Positions 8,385 to 18,180 of a stretch of DNA of 64,000 nucleotides are shown in pieces. Origin of the DNA: Desulfatiglandales bacterium. GTDB lineage: Bacteria; Desulfobacterota; DSM-4660; Desulfatiglandales; HGW-15. The DNA lies in assembly GCA_963667015.2 (NCBI GenBank), contig CAXXJJ010000004.1, positions 1,152,001 to 1,216,000 on the forward strand, in the 5' to 3' direction. The position numbers and the translations under genes were made by a program. A model generated the notes under the pieces. That model was not told the origin of the DNA, did not search any database, and saw nothing but the letters and a program-made list of their open reading frames with translations. Position 1 is the first letter of the stretch. Each line of letters begins with the position of its first letter.

Positions 8385-10100
8385 TTAAGCAACATACTTA
8401 CACTTCTTCAAGTGGTCAATATCAATCCCAAAGTCTATATTGACGATAACATCCTGATACAGTTTCTCCGGTTCATATCTCTTCCCATATCTCCCGAAGG
8501 TCATATCTTCATCAGAGTGACCTGTAAGCTGTTTAACCATTGAGCGTTCAAAGTCGTTCTGCTTCAGGTAGTTTATAAAGGTATGCCGGAATGAATGGAA
8601 GGATTTACCCACTTCATCAATACCGCATTTCTTTTTGATGTGGCCTGAGAACCACGGGGAAACATGGTGTCCATATCGATGCTGTACCCTTTTCAGTTCA
8701 TAGAATATCCTGTCTTTCTTCTTTGATTTCATCTTCTGGACATACTCAGGAAATCTCAAAGTTTCCACTAAATGTGGATGTAAAGGTATTTCTCTGATAG
8801 AGTCAACATTCTTAATCTCTTTATCGTCCTTATCATTGATGTCCATTATCCAGATATCACCCTCAAGCCGGATATCATCAGGTGTTAACTGGCAGATTTC
8901 TTCAAGTCTTGCTCCGGTGTAAAGCCCTAAGAGAGGTATCCAGAATTTATATGGACTTGCAAACCTACCTTCAGGAATGAATGTGTCAGGCTCAAATATC
9001 TTTTTAAGGTCATCAGTTTCAAATACCTTCCGGCCTTCGTCTGTCCTCTTTTTGCGTTTCTTCTGCGATATCTGTAAGCCCCTTGCAGGATTCTCCTTGA
9101 TATAATTATTATCTCTTGCCCAATTAAACAGACCGCTTGCATACCCTAAATACTTGTTAATGGTGGTTATGGACAGTTTATTATGAGATTCACCTATCTT
9201 GATTATTTCCTCAATGGTCTTACCTTGATACCTTTGAGAATTCAAGAACTTAGGCAACTTTTGCAAGATGGCTTTACAATCTCGCATTGTTGAGAAGTTG
9301 ACTGTTTGAACAGGCACATCACCGAGAATCATAATCAGTACATTCTCACAGGTTTTAATATCATCTATTGTACGCTTCTTCCAATTGCCTGAATCAATAT
9401 TCTCTTTTCGATATGCCTCTATGATTACTGACAGCAACTCTGTTGAGTCCTCTTCTGGTTCAGCTTCACGAATCACGGAGGTTTGAACAGGTGGTATACC
9501 CTTTGCAGTGTTTAACAGGTCATCAATGGTTAAGTCAGGATTCTTCCTCATTTCAATTATAAGTTCTAAGGCTTTAATGTCAGACCGAAGTGCCTCCTTC
9601 AGGAGTCTTTTATATTCTATGGAATCCCTGTCAGTATCGGCTATACTGATTCCTGCATCTTCAAGGGTAAGCTGAAGGGAACGTTCGGCTATCTTGAAGT
9701 TTCCTAAGTGTAAAGCTTCAAGGCGGTCAGAATGTGGGCCGTCTAACTCAGTAATCCAGTTCATATACTGATCGTCATTCTGCAATGGTCTTTCCCGTCT
9801 CAATATCATTTCTTCTTCATCTTCTAAAGCTTGTCTGATTGAGTTATCAAGTAATGTCTGTACTTCTCTGTTATTAAGTTCTTTCACTGATTTTCGCATA
9901 TCTCGCTTTACTCTCCTGAATAAATGCTGAACTATTCCTGCTGTTCTTCGTGCTCTGTATTTAGCTTCACCTTGTGAACCAGTTGTAAGTGTGTACCTCA
10001 GCTCTTTCTTACCTATTATCACCTGAAGGTCAATAGGAACTCGAATACGGAAGCACCATGATGACTGTTGACGAACTAAATAGGATGGATTGTTTCTCAT
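8385..10100 (-). CDS. Site-specific tyrosine recombinase/integrase with N-terminal DUF6538-like domain
   Basis: N-terminal WCFRIRVPIDL...KELRYTLTT; catalytic motifs YTGARLEEI, FHSFRHT, LTGH and terminal RY. Confidence 0.93.
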   Translation of the reverse strand: MRNNPSYLVRQQSSWCFRIRVPIDLQVIIGKKELRYTLTTGSQGEAKYRARRTAGIVQHLFRRVKRDMRKSVKELNNREVQTLLDNSIRQALEDEEEMILRRERPLQNDDQYMNWITELDGPHSDRLEALHLGNFKIAERSLQLTLEDAGISIADTDRDSIEYKRLLKEALRSDIKALELIIEMRKNPDLTIDDLLNTAKGIPPVQTSVIREAEPEEDSTELLSVIIEAYRKENIDSGNWKKRTIDDIKTCENVLIMILGDVPVQTVNFSTMRDCKAILQKLPKFLNSQRYQGKTIEEIIKIGESHNKLSITTINKYLGYASGLFNWARDNNYIKENPARGLQISQKKRKKRTDEGRKVFETDDLKKIFEPDTFIPEGRFASPYKFWIPLLGLYTGARLEEICQLTPDDIRLEGDIWIMDINDKDDKEIKNVDSIREIPLHPHLVETLRFPEYVQKMKSKKKDRIFYELKRVQHRYGHHVSPWFSGHIKKKCGIDEVGKSFHSFRHTFINYLKQNDFERSMVKQLTGHSDEDMTFGRYGKRYEPEKLYQDVIVNIDFGIDIDHLKKCKYVA

Positions 10101-10117
10101 ACTCAGTTACTCCATTT

Positions 10118-10140
10118 TGTGTATACAGATGTGTATACAG
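10118..10140. repeat. Tandem 11-bp direct repeat TGTGTATACAG x2 (candidate integrase arm-type sites)
   Basis: Copies at 10118-10128 and 10130-10140, between the tRNA 3' end and the integrase start; each contains the palindrome TGTATACA. Confidence 0.55.
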
Positions 10141-10218
10141 GTTGTGGTTTCATGAAGTAACCGAGATGATATAGACCTGCAAATACTTGATATTAGTCAG
10201 GAATTAGATATTAAGGAA

Positions 10219-10302
10219 TGCCGGAGGTCGGAATCGAACCGACACGGACATACGTCCACAGGATTTTGAGTCCAGCGCGTCTACCAGTTTCACCACTCCG
10301 GC
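10219..10302 (-). tRNA. tRNA-Leu(CAA)
   Basis: Reverse complement GCCGGAGTGGTGAAACTGGTAGACGCGCTGGACT-CAA-AATCCTG, long variable arm, GTCGGTTCGATTCCGAC-CTCCGGCA. CCA is not encoded. Confidence 0.95.
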
Positions 10303-10317
10303 TTGATTGGTTAGGGG

Positions 10318-10380
10318 ATTATAAATGATATAAATTTGATGTCAATATCTTATTGACATCAAATTCAGTTATGCTATTAT
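10318..10380. promoter_or_regulatory. Back-to-back sigma70 promoters for the two tRNAs, built on a perfect 15-bp inverted repeat
   Basis: Minus strand TTGACA-N16-TATAAT (10345->10318); plus strand TTGACA(10353)-N16-TATTAT(10375-10380). IR AATTTGATGTCAATA 10333-10347 / TATTGACATCAAATT 10351-10365. Confidence 0.75.
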
Positions 10381-10394
10381 TCCAAATTCTTCAC

Positions 10395-10470
10395 GGGGCT
10401 GTAGCTCAGTTGGGAGAGCGCTTGACTGGCAGTCAAGAGGTCGTCGGTTCGATCCCGATCAGCTCCACCA
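10395..10470 (+). tRNA. tRNA-Ala(GGC)
   Basis: GGGGCTGTAGCTCAGTTGGGAGAGCGCTTGACT-GGC-AGTCAAG...GGTTCGATCCC...AGCTCCACCA, 76 nt with CCA. Confidence 0.97.
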
Positions 10471-10490
10471 TAAAATACGTTTATAAAAAT

Positions 10491-10523
10491 AAAAGGTTAG
10501 CAAGTTTAGAGCTAACCTTTTTT
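10491..10523 (+). terminator. Intrinsic terminator after tRNA-Ala
   Basis: AAAAGGTTAGC-loop-GCTAACCTTTT followed by a T tract. Confidence 0.8.
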
Positions 10524-10643
10524 TATGTCGTTTTACTTTTGCTTGCATATAGATTACAGGGTATGTAACCAATTATATTTAAATCTCAAGTATGCTTTTT
10601 AAAAGATGATAAAATAATAAAAAGGAGGATTAAGAAAAACATT

Positions 10644-10670
10644 TAAGCAATATGTTTTTATTGCCGATAT
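10644..10670 (+). promoter_or_regulatory. Putative sigma28 (FliA) promoter
   Basis: TAAG-N15-GCCGATAT upstream of the HDOD-GGDEF gene. Confidence 0.55.
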
Positions 10671-10832
10671 GATAAATATATATAATCTGGTATAAGCCCC
10701 TAAGGCAGATACCTTATCCTAACAAGACTTCTAATTCTGTTATAAAATAATCACAGGACTCTCACCTTCTATAATTTTAGCGCTGCTACTGAAATATGCT
10801 TTGCGTTTGCTCATATTAAAAGGAGTAAAGTT

Positions 10833-12350
10833 TTGAGTGAAAACATATATAAATGGATTGAGTCAGGCAAGAATCTGCCTGTCTTATCGGGTTCAATAGC
10901 AAAATTGATTAATCTTACTGAAAGTGATAATTCCGACATTTCCCAGATCTCAGATGTAATCAAGAGGGATATTGGTTTGTCCGCTGCTATTATGAGAATA
11001 ACAAACTCTTCCGCATTTGGGCTTTTAAGAAAAATAACCTCCATCGATCAGGCTGTTGTACTTTTGGGATTTACTGCTGTCAGAAATATTGCCCTCGCGG
11101 TTGGTGTAGTTGATCTGTTTTCACCTTCGGAATCCCCTGTTTTATCAAAAATATGGCAGAGGTCTATTTTAAGCGGTATAGCTGCACGTAAATTATGTTC
11201 TTTAAACGGGAATAAAAATCATGAAGATGCCTTTACCAATGGTCTTTTGTTTGACATTGGATTAATCGCCTTTTATGCATTTGATAAGGCGCTGGCCAAT
11301 CAATTGGTCGAAAGAATGGAGAGCAATGGAAGGTTATCCATTGATGAAGAAAGAGAACTTCTGGGAGTAGATCATGTAGAAGTAGGCGGTTTACTGGCTG
11401 AAAAATGGGGTCTGCCTGATAAAATCAAATTATCAATCTTAAATCATCACAGGAAGCCGGATCATGAATCCCTAAATTCCAAGGATTTAAACGTATCACC
11501 TGTTTATTATTTAAGCTCCCTGGTCGGTGATATCTTTTATATTGGAAAGAAAAGTGACAGTATTAAAAAATTTATGGACGATAGCCATCTATTAATGGGA
11601 ATCGGATCAGAAAAAGCCGAAGAATTACTCAATGATATTCATCCGCTGCTGGTTGAAATTGCGTCATATTTCCAAATTGATGTGGGGACAGAAAAGAAAT
11701 ATGAAGAGATTATGCGTCAGGCTAATGAAGAAATTTTAAATATTGCAATATCAAATGAGACTACCAAGTACCATCTTACTCAGGCATTTAAAAGAGAAAA
11801 AAAACTAGCAAAAGAACTGGATAAAAAAATTGAAGAGCTTAAGGTTGCAGCCAGTAAAGACTCTTTGACAGGGTTATACAACAGGAAATTCCTGGATGAA
11901 ATTTTAGAAAAAGAATGGTACAGGTCAGAGCGAAATAATTATCCTCTTTCTATTGTCATGGCAGATATTGATGACTTCAAGAAAATAAACGATACCTATG
12001 GGCATAAAGTGGGTGACATTGTTCTGGTCAACATTGCCAGGGCTTTTGAAAAAAGAATAAGAAGAAATGATTACGTTGCGAGATATGGCGGTGAAGAGTT
12101 TGTTTTTATTTTTTCTGAAACTGATATTAGCGGTGCAGTTAAAATAGCAGAAATTCTCAATCAAATTGTTCTAGATCTTGACACTTCATTCATTAGTAAC
12201 AATAAATTTACTTTGAGTATAAGCTGTGGCGTTTCTACCGCTTACCCTGCGAAAGAAGGAGATAGTGTCGATGGTTTGATGAAAAGAGCTGATGATGCAT
12301 TATACGATGCCAAGAGGTCTGGAAAGAATCAAGTGAAAATAAAAAAATGA
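10833..12350 (+). CDS. HDOD domain-containing diguanylate cyclase
   Basis: N-terminal HDOD (LPVLS...IKRDIGLSAAIMRITNS, DHVEVGGLLAEKWGLP); C-terminal DSLTGLYNR, DIDDFKKINDTYGH, RxxD I-site and RYGGEEF. Confidence 0.92.
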   Translation: MSENIYKWIESGKNLPVLSGSIAKLINLTESDNSDISQISDVIKRDIGLSAAIMRITNSSAFGLLRKITSIDQAVVLLGFTAVRNIALAVGVVDLFSPSESPVLSKIWQRSILSGIAARKLCSLNGNKNHEDAFTNGLLFDIGLIAFYAFDKALANQLVERMESNGRLSIDEERELLGVDHVEVGGLLAEKWGLPDKIKLSILNHHRKPDHESLNSKDLNVSPVYYLSSLVGDIFYIGKKSDSIKKFMDDSHLLMGIGSEKAEELLNDIHPLLVEIASYFQIDVGTEKKYEEIMRQANEEILNIAISNETTKYHLTQAFKREKKLAKELDKKIEELKVAASKDSLTGLYNRKFLDEILEKEWYRSERNNYPLSIVMADIDDFKKINDTYGHKVGDIVLVNIARAFEKRIRRNDYVARYGGEEFVFIFSETDISGAVKIAEILNQIVLDLDTSFISNNKFTLSISCGVSTAYPAKEGDSVDGLMKRADDALYDAKRSGKNQVKIKK

Positions 12351-12552
12351 TATATCAGATACATTTCACCTCTACCTGACAAGCAAAATTTACCAATCCG
12401 GTTATAGGAACCGAAACATCTATTGACATACAACACCTAACTCCATATACTTTACGCCTCAAATAATTAATATTTATCGAATTATTTGTCATTTTAAACA
12501 AAGATTTAAAATGGTCAGTGTCGGCTAAAGGGTTGCATTTTAAAGAGTCAAT

Positions 12553-13398
12553 ATGGCAAAAATATCTATCAGTTCTGAAGATTTTAAGCTCATGCGGGAA
12601 TTTATTGAACAGAGCTGCGGAATTTCTCTGGGAGATAATAAAGAATATCTGGTGGAAACCCGTTTGTCGGATATCTTATCCGAGGCCGGATGCGAAACAT
12701 ACAAAGATCTCTGCATTAAAGCAAAAAACGATCCCAGGTCAGGGCTGCGGGATAAAATCGTAGATGCCATGACCACCAATGAAACCTTATGGTTTAGGGA
12801 TAAATATCCGTTTGATTTATTAAAAAGCGATATTCTTCCGGCATACAGTAAAGAATTCGCTTCAGGTAAGCGGAAAAATATTCGTATATGGTGTGCCGCC
12901 TGTTCCACTGGGCAGGAGCCCTATTCCGCTGTGATGACATTCATGGAATATGCGAAAAATTCCACCCCCCTGAAGCTGGATCATCTGGAAGTTGTGGCAA
13001 CAGATATTTCACCTTCTGCACTCTATATCGCAAATGCCGGTTTGTATGATGACTTTGCCATTGGCAGAGGCATGACGCCGGCATATCAGAAGTCATATTT
13101 TGAAAAAAAGGGACGCTTCTGGGCTATTACCAATGAAGTCAAAAAAACCATCCGGTTTAAACGCTTCAATCTTCAAGACAGTTTTATGAGTCTGGGGAAA
13201 TTTGACATAGTTTTTTGTAGAAATGTTGCCATATATTTTTCTGATCAATTCAAGAAGGGGTTATTCGAAAAAATCTCAAAGGTACTGAACAAGGGCGGAT
13301 ATTTTTTCCTGGGAGGTTCAGAAACGATGAGTGGACACAGTGACCGGTTCAATATTCTTACATACAACAGAGGCCTTTACTATCAAATCAAGGAATAG
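12553..13398 (+). CDS. cheR: Chemotaxis protein-glutamate O-methyltransferase
   Basis: TTNETLWFRD, IWCAACSTGQEPYS, ATDIS, FDIVFCRNVAIYF, LGGSET. Confidence 0.93.
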   Translation: MAKISISSEDFKLMREFIEQSCGISLGDNKEYLVETRLSDILSEAGCETYKDLCIKAKNDPRSGLRDKIVDAMTTNETLWFRDKYPFDLLKSDILPAYSKEFASGKRKNIRIWCAACSTGQEPYSAVMTFMEYAKNSTPLKLDHLEVVATDISPSALYIANAGLYDDFAIGRGMTPAYQKSYFEKKGRFWAITNEVKKTIRFKRFNLQDSFMSLGKFDIVFCRNVAIYFSDQFKKGLFEKISKVLNKGGYFFLGGSETMSGHSDRFNILTYNRGLYYQIKE

Positions 13399-13455
13399 TG
13401 TTTTATATCCGTATAACTTGTACCGGTATAAACCTTAATGTTAATGGAATAGAAA

Positions 13456-14331
13456 ATGATCAAACGAAAATTAATTCTTGCAAAACTGGATCAGGTAGAA
13501 GACCTGCCGACCTTTCCTGAGATCGCCAACAGGGTTAGAAAAAAACTGCAGGAACCCGATGTGAATATCAAGGACATCGCGAGTATCGTTGAGAATGACC
13601 CGGCACTGGCATCAAAGATTCTTAAATTGGCCAACTCTGCATATTATGGTTTCGGCCGTCAGTTCGGAAATGTACGTCAGGCCATTGTTCGAATGGGGCT
13701 TGCAGAGGTTGAGAAACTCACAATTGCCATGGGCGCCATGAAGGTTTTCAGCCAGAAAGGATTGCCTAAGAATTATTTCAAGGATTTTTGGACCCATTCA
13801 ATTATGGTGGCCCTGACCACCCGGGAAATAATCGCTTCATCTAAGGCATATTCCGAAGAAAAAGTCGATATTAACAATGCATTCACTGCCGGGCTTTTTC
13901 ATGCCATCGGTCGTTTAATACTTTTCCAGTATTTCCCGGGATACTTCATGGACATACTCGAACTGTCCAAAACCGAAGACATGGAATTGCATAAAATTGA
14001 AGAAAAAGAACTCGGAATTAATCATGCAGAAATTGGCGCAGTTATCCTGGATCACTGGAAACTTCCAAAGTTTATCTGTGACAGTGTAATGTTTCAATAC
14101 GAACCGGATCGATGTGACCAGGATACCAGAATATATTCCCAGGCAGTGCATTTATCCAATTTCTCTGTGTCAATGAATGGAAACCCGCTCCCTGACGGAA
14201 ACCTGCCCAAAGGCTTCAGCCATGGTGCCTGGTACGATCTGGAAATGAGTGAAGATATCAATGATCTTATCGAACGGGTAAGGAACAGTGAGGAAGGCGC
14301 ATCCATAATGGTATCTCTGGGAATTCAATAA
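13456..14331 (+). CDS. HDOD domain-containing protein
   Basis: LPTFPEI...DPALASKILKLANSAYYG, FWTHS, NHAEIGAVILDHWKLP. Confidence 0.9.
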   Translation: MIKRKLILAKLDQVEDLPTFPEIANRVRKKLQEPDVNIKDIASIVENDPALASKILKLANSAYYGFGRQFGNVRQAIVRMGLAEVEKLTIAMGAMKVFSQKGLPKNYFKDFWTHSIMVALTTREIIASSKAYSEEKVDINNAFTAGLFHAIGRLILFQYFPGYFMDILELSKTEDMELHKIEEKELGINHAEIGAVILDHWKLPKFICDSVMFQYEPDRCDQDTRIYSQAVHLSNFSVSMNGNPLPDGNLPKGFSHGAWYDLEMSEDINDLIERVRNSEEGASIMVSLGIQ

Positions 14332-14370
14332 AGCCGGATACCTTAAATCCGGCCTGTCCAAAACGGCTGT

Positions 14371-14835
14371 TTAACTTAATTCATCAAAACATACTTCTAT
14401 TGTGAAACTGCTATTTGCACATGAAAACGGGATACCTATAACCCTGTCATCTGAGCTATGTTTTATTGAATGTTTTTCCCCCATTATTAATTCAGGTATG
14501 CCGGCTTTAATATTAAGGCCAAGTTCAAACAGTTTTTGTCTGGCCTGACCTGTTATAATATTGCATAGTTCTCCAACAGTATCTTTAATCTCATCATTCA
14601 TCTCAACCTCTGCATTAAAGAGACTTGATACAATATTCAGTATACAGGTCTCCTCAAAACTTATTGATAATGTCCCTGAGACATCACCTGTAAGTTCAAT
14701 AACAGCCGACACAACACCCCTGGCGATTCTGTCCTTTTTTATATAAGGGCTTCCACCTTCAGCTTTGATTTTGGCCATTGTATCAAGAACATGATAAGTG
14801 GATTCAATAAAGGGGTTGATATATTTTACATCCAA
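14371..14835 (-). CDS. cheX: Chemotaxis phosphatase CheX
   Basis: DVKYINPFIES...VSAVIELTGDVSG...DTVGELCNIITG; TTG start. Confidence 0.88.
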   Translation of the reverse strand: MDVKYINPFIESTYHVLDTMAKIKAEGGSPYIKKDRIARGVVSAVIELTGDVSGTLSISFEETCILNIVSSLFNAEVEMNDEIKDTVGELCNIITGQARQKLFELGLNIKAGIPELIMGEKHSIKHSSDDRVIGIPFSCANSSFTIEVCFDELS

Positions 14836-14894
14836 AATTAACTTTCTCCCAATTTATAATATATCATTTTTCCCGAAGATGGCTCCGTGAATTC

Positions 14895-14921
14895 TTATCG
14901 ACCTTTCTTCCCGGGACCTTA
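14895..14921 (-). promoter_or_regulatory. Putative sigma28 promoter of cheX
   Basis: Minus strand TAAG-N15-GTCGATAA, 60 nt upstream of cheX. Confidence 0.55.
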
Positions 14922-15314
14922 AAACAATTAACCCTATCACTATCCCTATTTTATGCAAGTAAAAGCATTCACCCGGACCAATGATAGGTGACAGTGGGCA
15001 AATAATATCTATTCTTTAGACTGGATATACTCCCGACTAAAAATATTTAGCAACTGCAATTAAGGGATTATATGGTGTATTTGTTATACCTATTGTAGTT
15101 AATTTTTGAGTGCTTTTTTGACCTCTGTTAATTTCATGAAAATTCCCATTTTAAATATAAATTACAGATTTTTATGCAAGATGCCGATAAAAAGTATTGG
15201 ATTCCTCTACTGCTTTAAGAAATGAGGAATGATTTATAGAAAGGATTTTTGCATATTAAGAAATATTACCGAAAGACTGTTTTCCGGTAATATATTTTTG
15301 CATGTTTTAGACAG

Positions 15315-16193
15315 ATGTTTACGTCTGAGGAAAAGACAATTAAATTAGATAAGTTAATACAGTTAGTCGATAATTCTGAACTCTCTTCAATAAAAAATAT
15401 AGTAACCGGCCTGATAAGAATTATTAATGATCCAAAATCAACCGCCAGAGATCTGACTGATTTGATCCAGATTGACCCGCCCTTAACAGCTAAAGTGCTG
15501 AGACTTGCAAATTCGGCTTATTATTCACCCAGGGAAAAAGTAAGTGAGATAACCAGGGCCGTTATATGGGTAGGATATGATGCGATTAAAGAACTGGCGA
15601 TAAACCAGAAGGTATGTGAGATTTTCGTCGATGGTCAATTCAACGGTGAATATTCAAGGGAGATGCTATGGAGGCATTCACTGGCCGTGGCCCTGCTGGG
15701 TAAACTCATATATAGACGGGAATTCGGAGAGAGGGGGGAAAATATCTATGCTGCCGGTCTTCTGCATGAGATCGGAATAATTGTTAGTGATCAGCTTTTT
15801 CCGGATAAATTTCAACGCTTCCTGCAGCAATCAAAAATAGATGGGCAAAATCTTATTGAAGTCGAATATGAAGATTCAGGATATGACCATTCCCAATCAG
15901 GCCAGGCAATACTGGCACACTGGCAGATCCCGGAAGAGATTTGTTATGCAATCGGCAATCATCATACACCTGAAGATGCACCCAGCCAGTATATGAAAAT
16001 TGCCTATACGCTGTATATTGCCGATTATTTCTGCCAGAGAAGAAATGTTGGTTTCTGTGATGCGCTATTTGAATCGGAAAATACCTTTAACAGGTGCATG
16101 AAAGAACTGGGACTGGAGCATCATGCACTTGAACTCCTGTTTGAAAATGTTGCACTTGAAATGAAAAAGATGGAAGAACAGGGCTTTTTTTAA
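15315..16193 (+). CDS. HDOD domain-containing protein
   Basis: IDPPLTAKVLRLANSAYY, LWRHSLAVA, AGLLHEIG, HWQIP. Confidence 0.9.
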   Translation: MFTSEEKTIKLDKLIQLVDNSELSSIKNIVTGLIRIINDPKSTARDLTDLIQIDPPLTAKVLRLANSAYYSPREKVSEITRAVIWVGYDAIKELAINQKVCEIFVDGQFNGEYSREMLWRHSLAVALLGKLIYRREFGERGENIYAAGLLHEIGIIVSDQLFPDKFQRFLQQSKIDGQNLIEVEYEDSGYDHSQSGQAILAHWQIPEEICYAIGNHHTPEDAPSQYMKIAYTLYIADYFCQRRNVGFCDALFESENTFNRCMKELGLEHHALELLFENVALEMKKMEEQGFF

Positions 16194-16196
16194 GAA

Positions 16197-17981
16197 ATGG
16201 AACCTAAGAACAATATAGAAGAATTAAAAAACAGGATCAGTATCCTTGAAACACAGGTAAAACACCTGACAAATGACCTTCGTGTTACAAGGGAAGAGAA
16301 CGACATCTCCATGTCAAAATACCTCGAGCTTTATACCCAGATGGAAAGCAAGGTAGCTGAAAGAACACAACAATTGGAAGATGCTCATATTGTACTGGAA
16401 CGCAAGGGCAAAGAACTGGAAGTAATGCTTGACTCATCACCGGCTATTATTTTTTATAAAGACAATAACCTTAGATACCAGCGGACAAATAAAAGGTTTA
16501 CACAGCTTACAGGTCTTCCATTAAAGAAAATCATTGGAAAAAAATACAGTGATTTGTTTCCTGAAAATGATGATTACGGGCTTCATAATGATCTGGAAGT
16601 ATTGAAAAGCGGAACTCCGCTGTTAAATAAAAAGGAAGTTTTTAAAACTGCCGGTAAACAAAGAAAAATTTTAATAGATAGAATACCCTATAAAAATGAT
16701 GAAAATAAAATCGTTGGATTTATCGGTTTTGCCCTGGACATAACTGAACTGGAATCATCCGAAAAGCAGAAAAAAAAGCTGGAAAAGCAGCTAAACCGTG
16801 CCCAGAAGATGGAAACTATCGGTACCCTGGCAGGTGGTGTAGCCCATGATTTAAACAATGTCCTTTCGGGCCTTGTCAGTTATCCGGAGCTTTTACTCAT
16901 GAATATTCCTGATGAGAGCCCCCTTAAAAAACCTATCCTTGCCATTAAAAAATCAGGGGAAAAGGCCGCAGCTATAGTCCAGGATCTGCTGACCCTTGCA
17001 AGGAGAGGTGTTGTTTCAATGGATGTAATGAACCTTAACGATATTATCCTTGAGCACCTTGAGAGTCTTGAACATGCAAAATTAAAATCATATCATTCGA
17101 ATGTTTCATTTGATATAAATCTGGGCTCAGACCTGCTTAATATCAAAGGTTCTCAGGTCCATCTTTCCAAGGTTGTAATGAACCTGATATCAAATGCTGC
17201 AGAAGCAATGCCGGAAGGCGGAGCAATTTCAATCTCCACAGAGAACAGATATGTAGATACTCCTATGACAGGTTATGACAGAGTGGAGGAAGGTGATTAC
17301 GTAGTCCTCTCAATAACCGATACCGGGATAGGTATATCTCCCGAAGATATCGATCAGGTATTTGAGCCTTTTTATACCAAGAAAGTCATGGGGAGAAGCG
17401 GAACAGGGCTGGGAATGTCTGTTATATGGGGAACTGTCAAAGATCATAACGGCTATATTGATGTAAACAGTAAAGAGGGTCAGGGTACTGAAATAACAAT
17501 TTATTTCCCGGCTACAAGATTCGATGCCGCTAAAGAGAAGAAAGTTCCGGACATATCTTATTACAGAGGAAACGGCGAGAATATTCTGGTAGTTGATGAC
17601 ATACAGGATCAAAGAGAAATTGTTCTTTCAATGCTCGATACGCTGGGTTATACTGGTTGTGCAGTGGAGAGCGGAGAGGCGGCAATAGATTATCTGACAG
17701 ATAACTCAACGGATTTGATTCTACTCGACATGATAATGGATCCCGGTATAGATGGGCTTGATACATATAAAAAAGTACTGAAATTAAATCCTTCCCAGAA
17801 GGCACTGATTACAAGCGGTTTTTCAGAAACAGACAGGGTGAAAGAGGCACAGAATCTTGGAGCAGGCCAATACATAAAAAAACCCTACTCAATCAATAAA
17901 CTGGGGGAGGCAATTAAAGAAGAATTATGTAAAAACTCGAATTCTTTTTTCCATAAAAATAAAGACACTAGTTCATTCTAA
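16197..17981 (+). CDS. PAS-domain hybrid sensor histidine kinase/response regulator
   Basis: Coiled-coil, PAS, H-box LAGGVAHDLNN, N-box NLISNAAEAM, G boxes DTGIG/GTGLG, C-terminal receiver (VVDD, LLDMIM). Confidence 0.93.
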   Translation: MEPKNNIEELKNRISILETQVKHLTNDLRVTREENDISMSKYLELYTQMESKVAERTQQLEDAHIVLERKGKELEVMLDSSPAIIFYKDNNLRYQRTNKRFTQLTGLPLKKIIGKKYSDLFPENDDYGLHNDLEVLKSGTPLLNKKEVFKTAGKQRKILIDRIPYKNDENKIVGFIGFALDITELESSEKQKKKLEKQLNRAQKMETIGTLAGGVAHDLNNVLSGLVSYPELLLMNIPDESPLKKPILAIKKSGEKAAAIVQDLLTLARRGVVSMDVMNLNDIILEHLESLEHAKLKSYHSNVSFDINLGSDLLNIKGSQVHLSKVVMNLISNAAEAMPEGGAISISTENRYVDTPMTGYDRVEEGDYVVLSITDTGIGISPEDIDQVFEPFYTKKVMGRSGTGLGMSVIWGTVKDHNGYIDVNSKEGQGTEITIYFPATRFDAAKEKKVPDISYYRGNGENILVVDDIQDQREIVLSMLDTLGYTGCAVESGEAAIDYLTDNSTDLILLDMIMDPGIDGLDTYKKVLKLNPSQKALITSGFSETDRVKEAQNLGAGQYIKKPYSINKLGEAIKEELCKNSNSFFHKNKDTSSF

Positions 17982-18180
17982 CTTAACATTAACTTACAGC
18001 GCTTAACCCTAATATAATCCAGTATACTCCAATACTCTTCAAACTAAATCTCTTAAAAAATCTGTCAAGTTTTAGCCGCCTTATGACGATCAAGTAGTGG
18101 GCAGTGCTGCATTTCATATTAAATCCGGATAATTATCTGATACTGCCTTGCTGCCGCATTTATTTTAAAACAAAAAGGAA

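Larger units (their letters stand above)
1..10218. mobile_element. Integrative element/genomic island inserted at the 3' end of tRNA-Leu(CAA); left boundary lies outside the window
   Basis: Tyrosine integrase directly downstream of the tRNA 3' end, followed by defence-like cargo and a helicase-like gene. No second copy of the tRNA 3' end (att) was seen in 1-10200. Confidence 0.85.

Noticed and set aside
4473..10100. Integron with a gene-cassette array (co-oriented short genes; GTTAAAT and GTTAGCA upstream of two of them on the minus strand)
   Set aside because: No RYYYAAC...GTTRRRY attC palindromes were seen after the stop codons. The integrase is a long DUF6538-type enzyme co-oriented with the genes, unlike IntI.
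10353..10568. 71-aa ORF in the track
   Set aside because: It overlaps tRNA-Ala, its promoter and its terminator; spurious.
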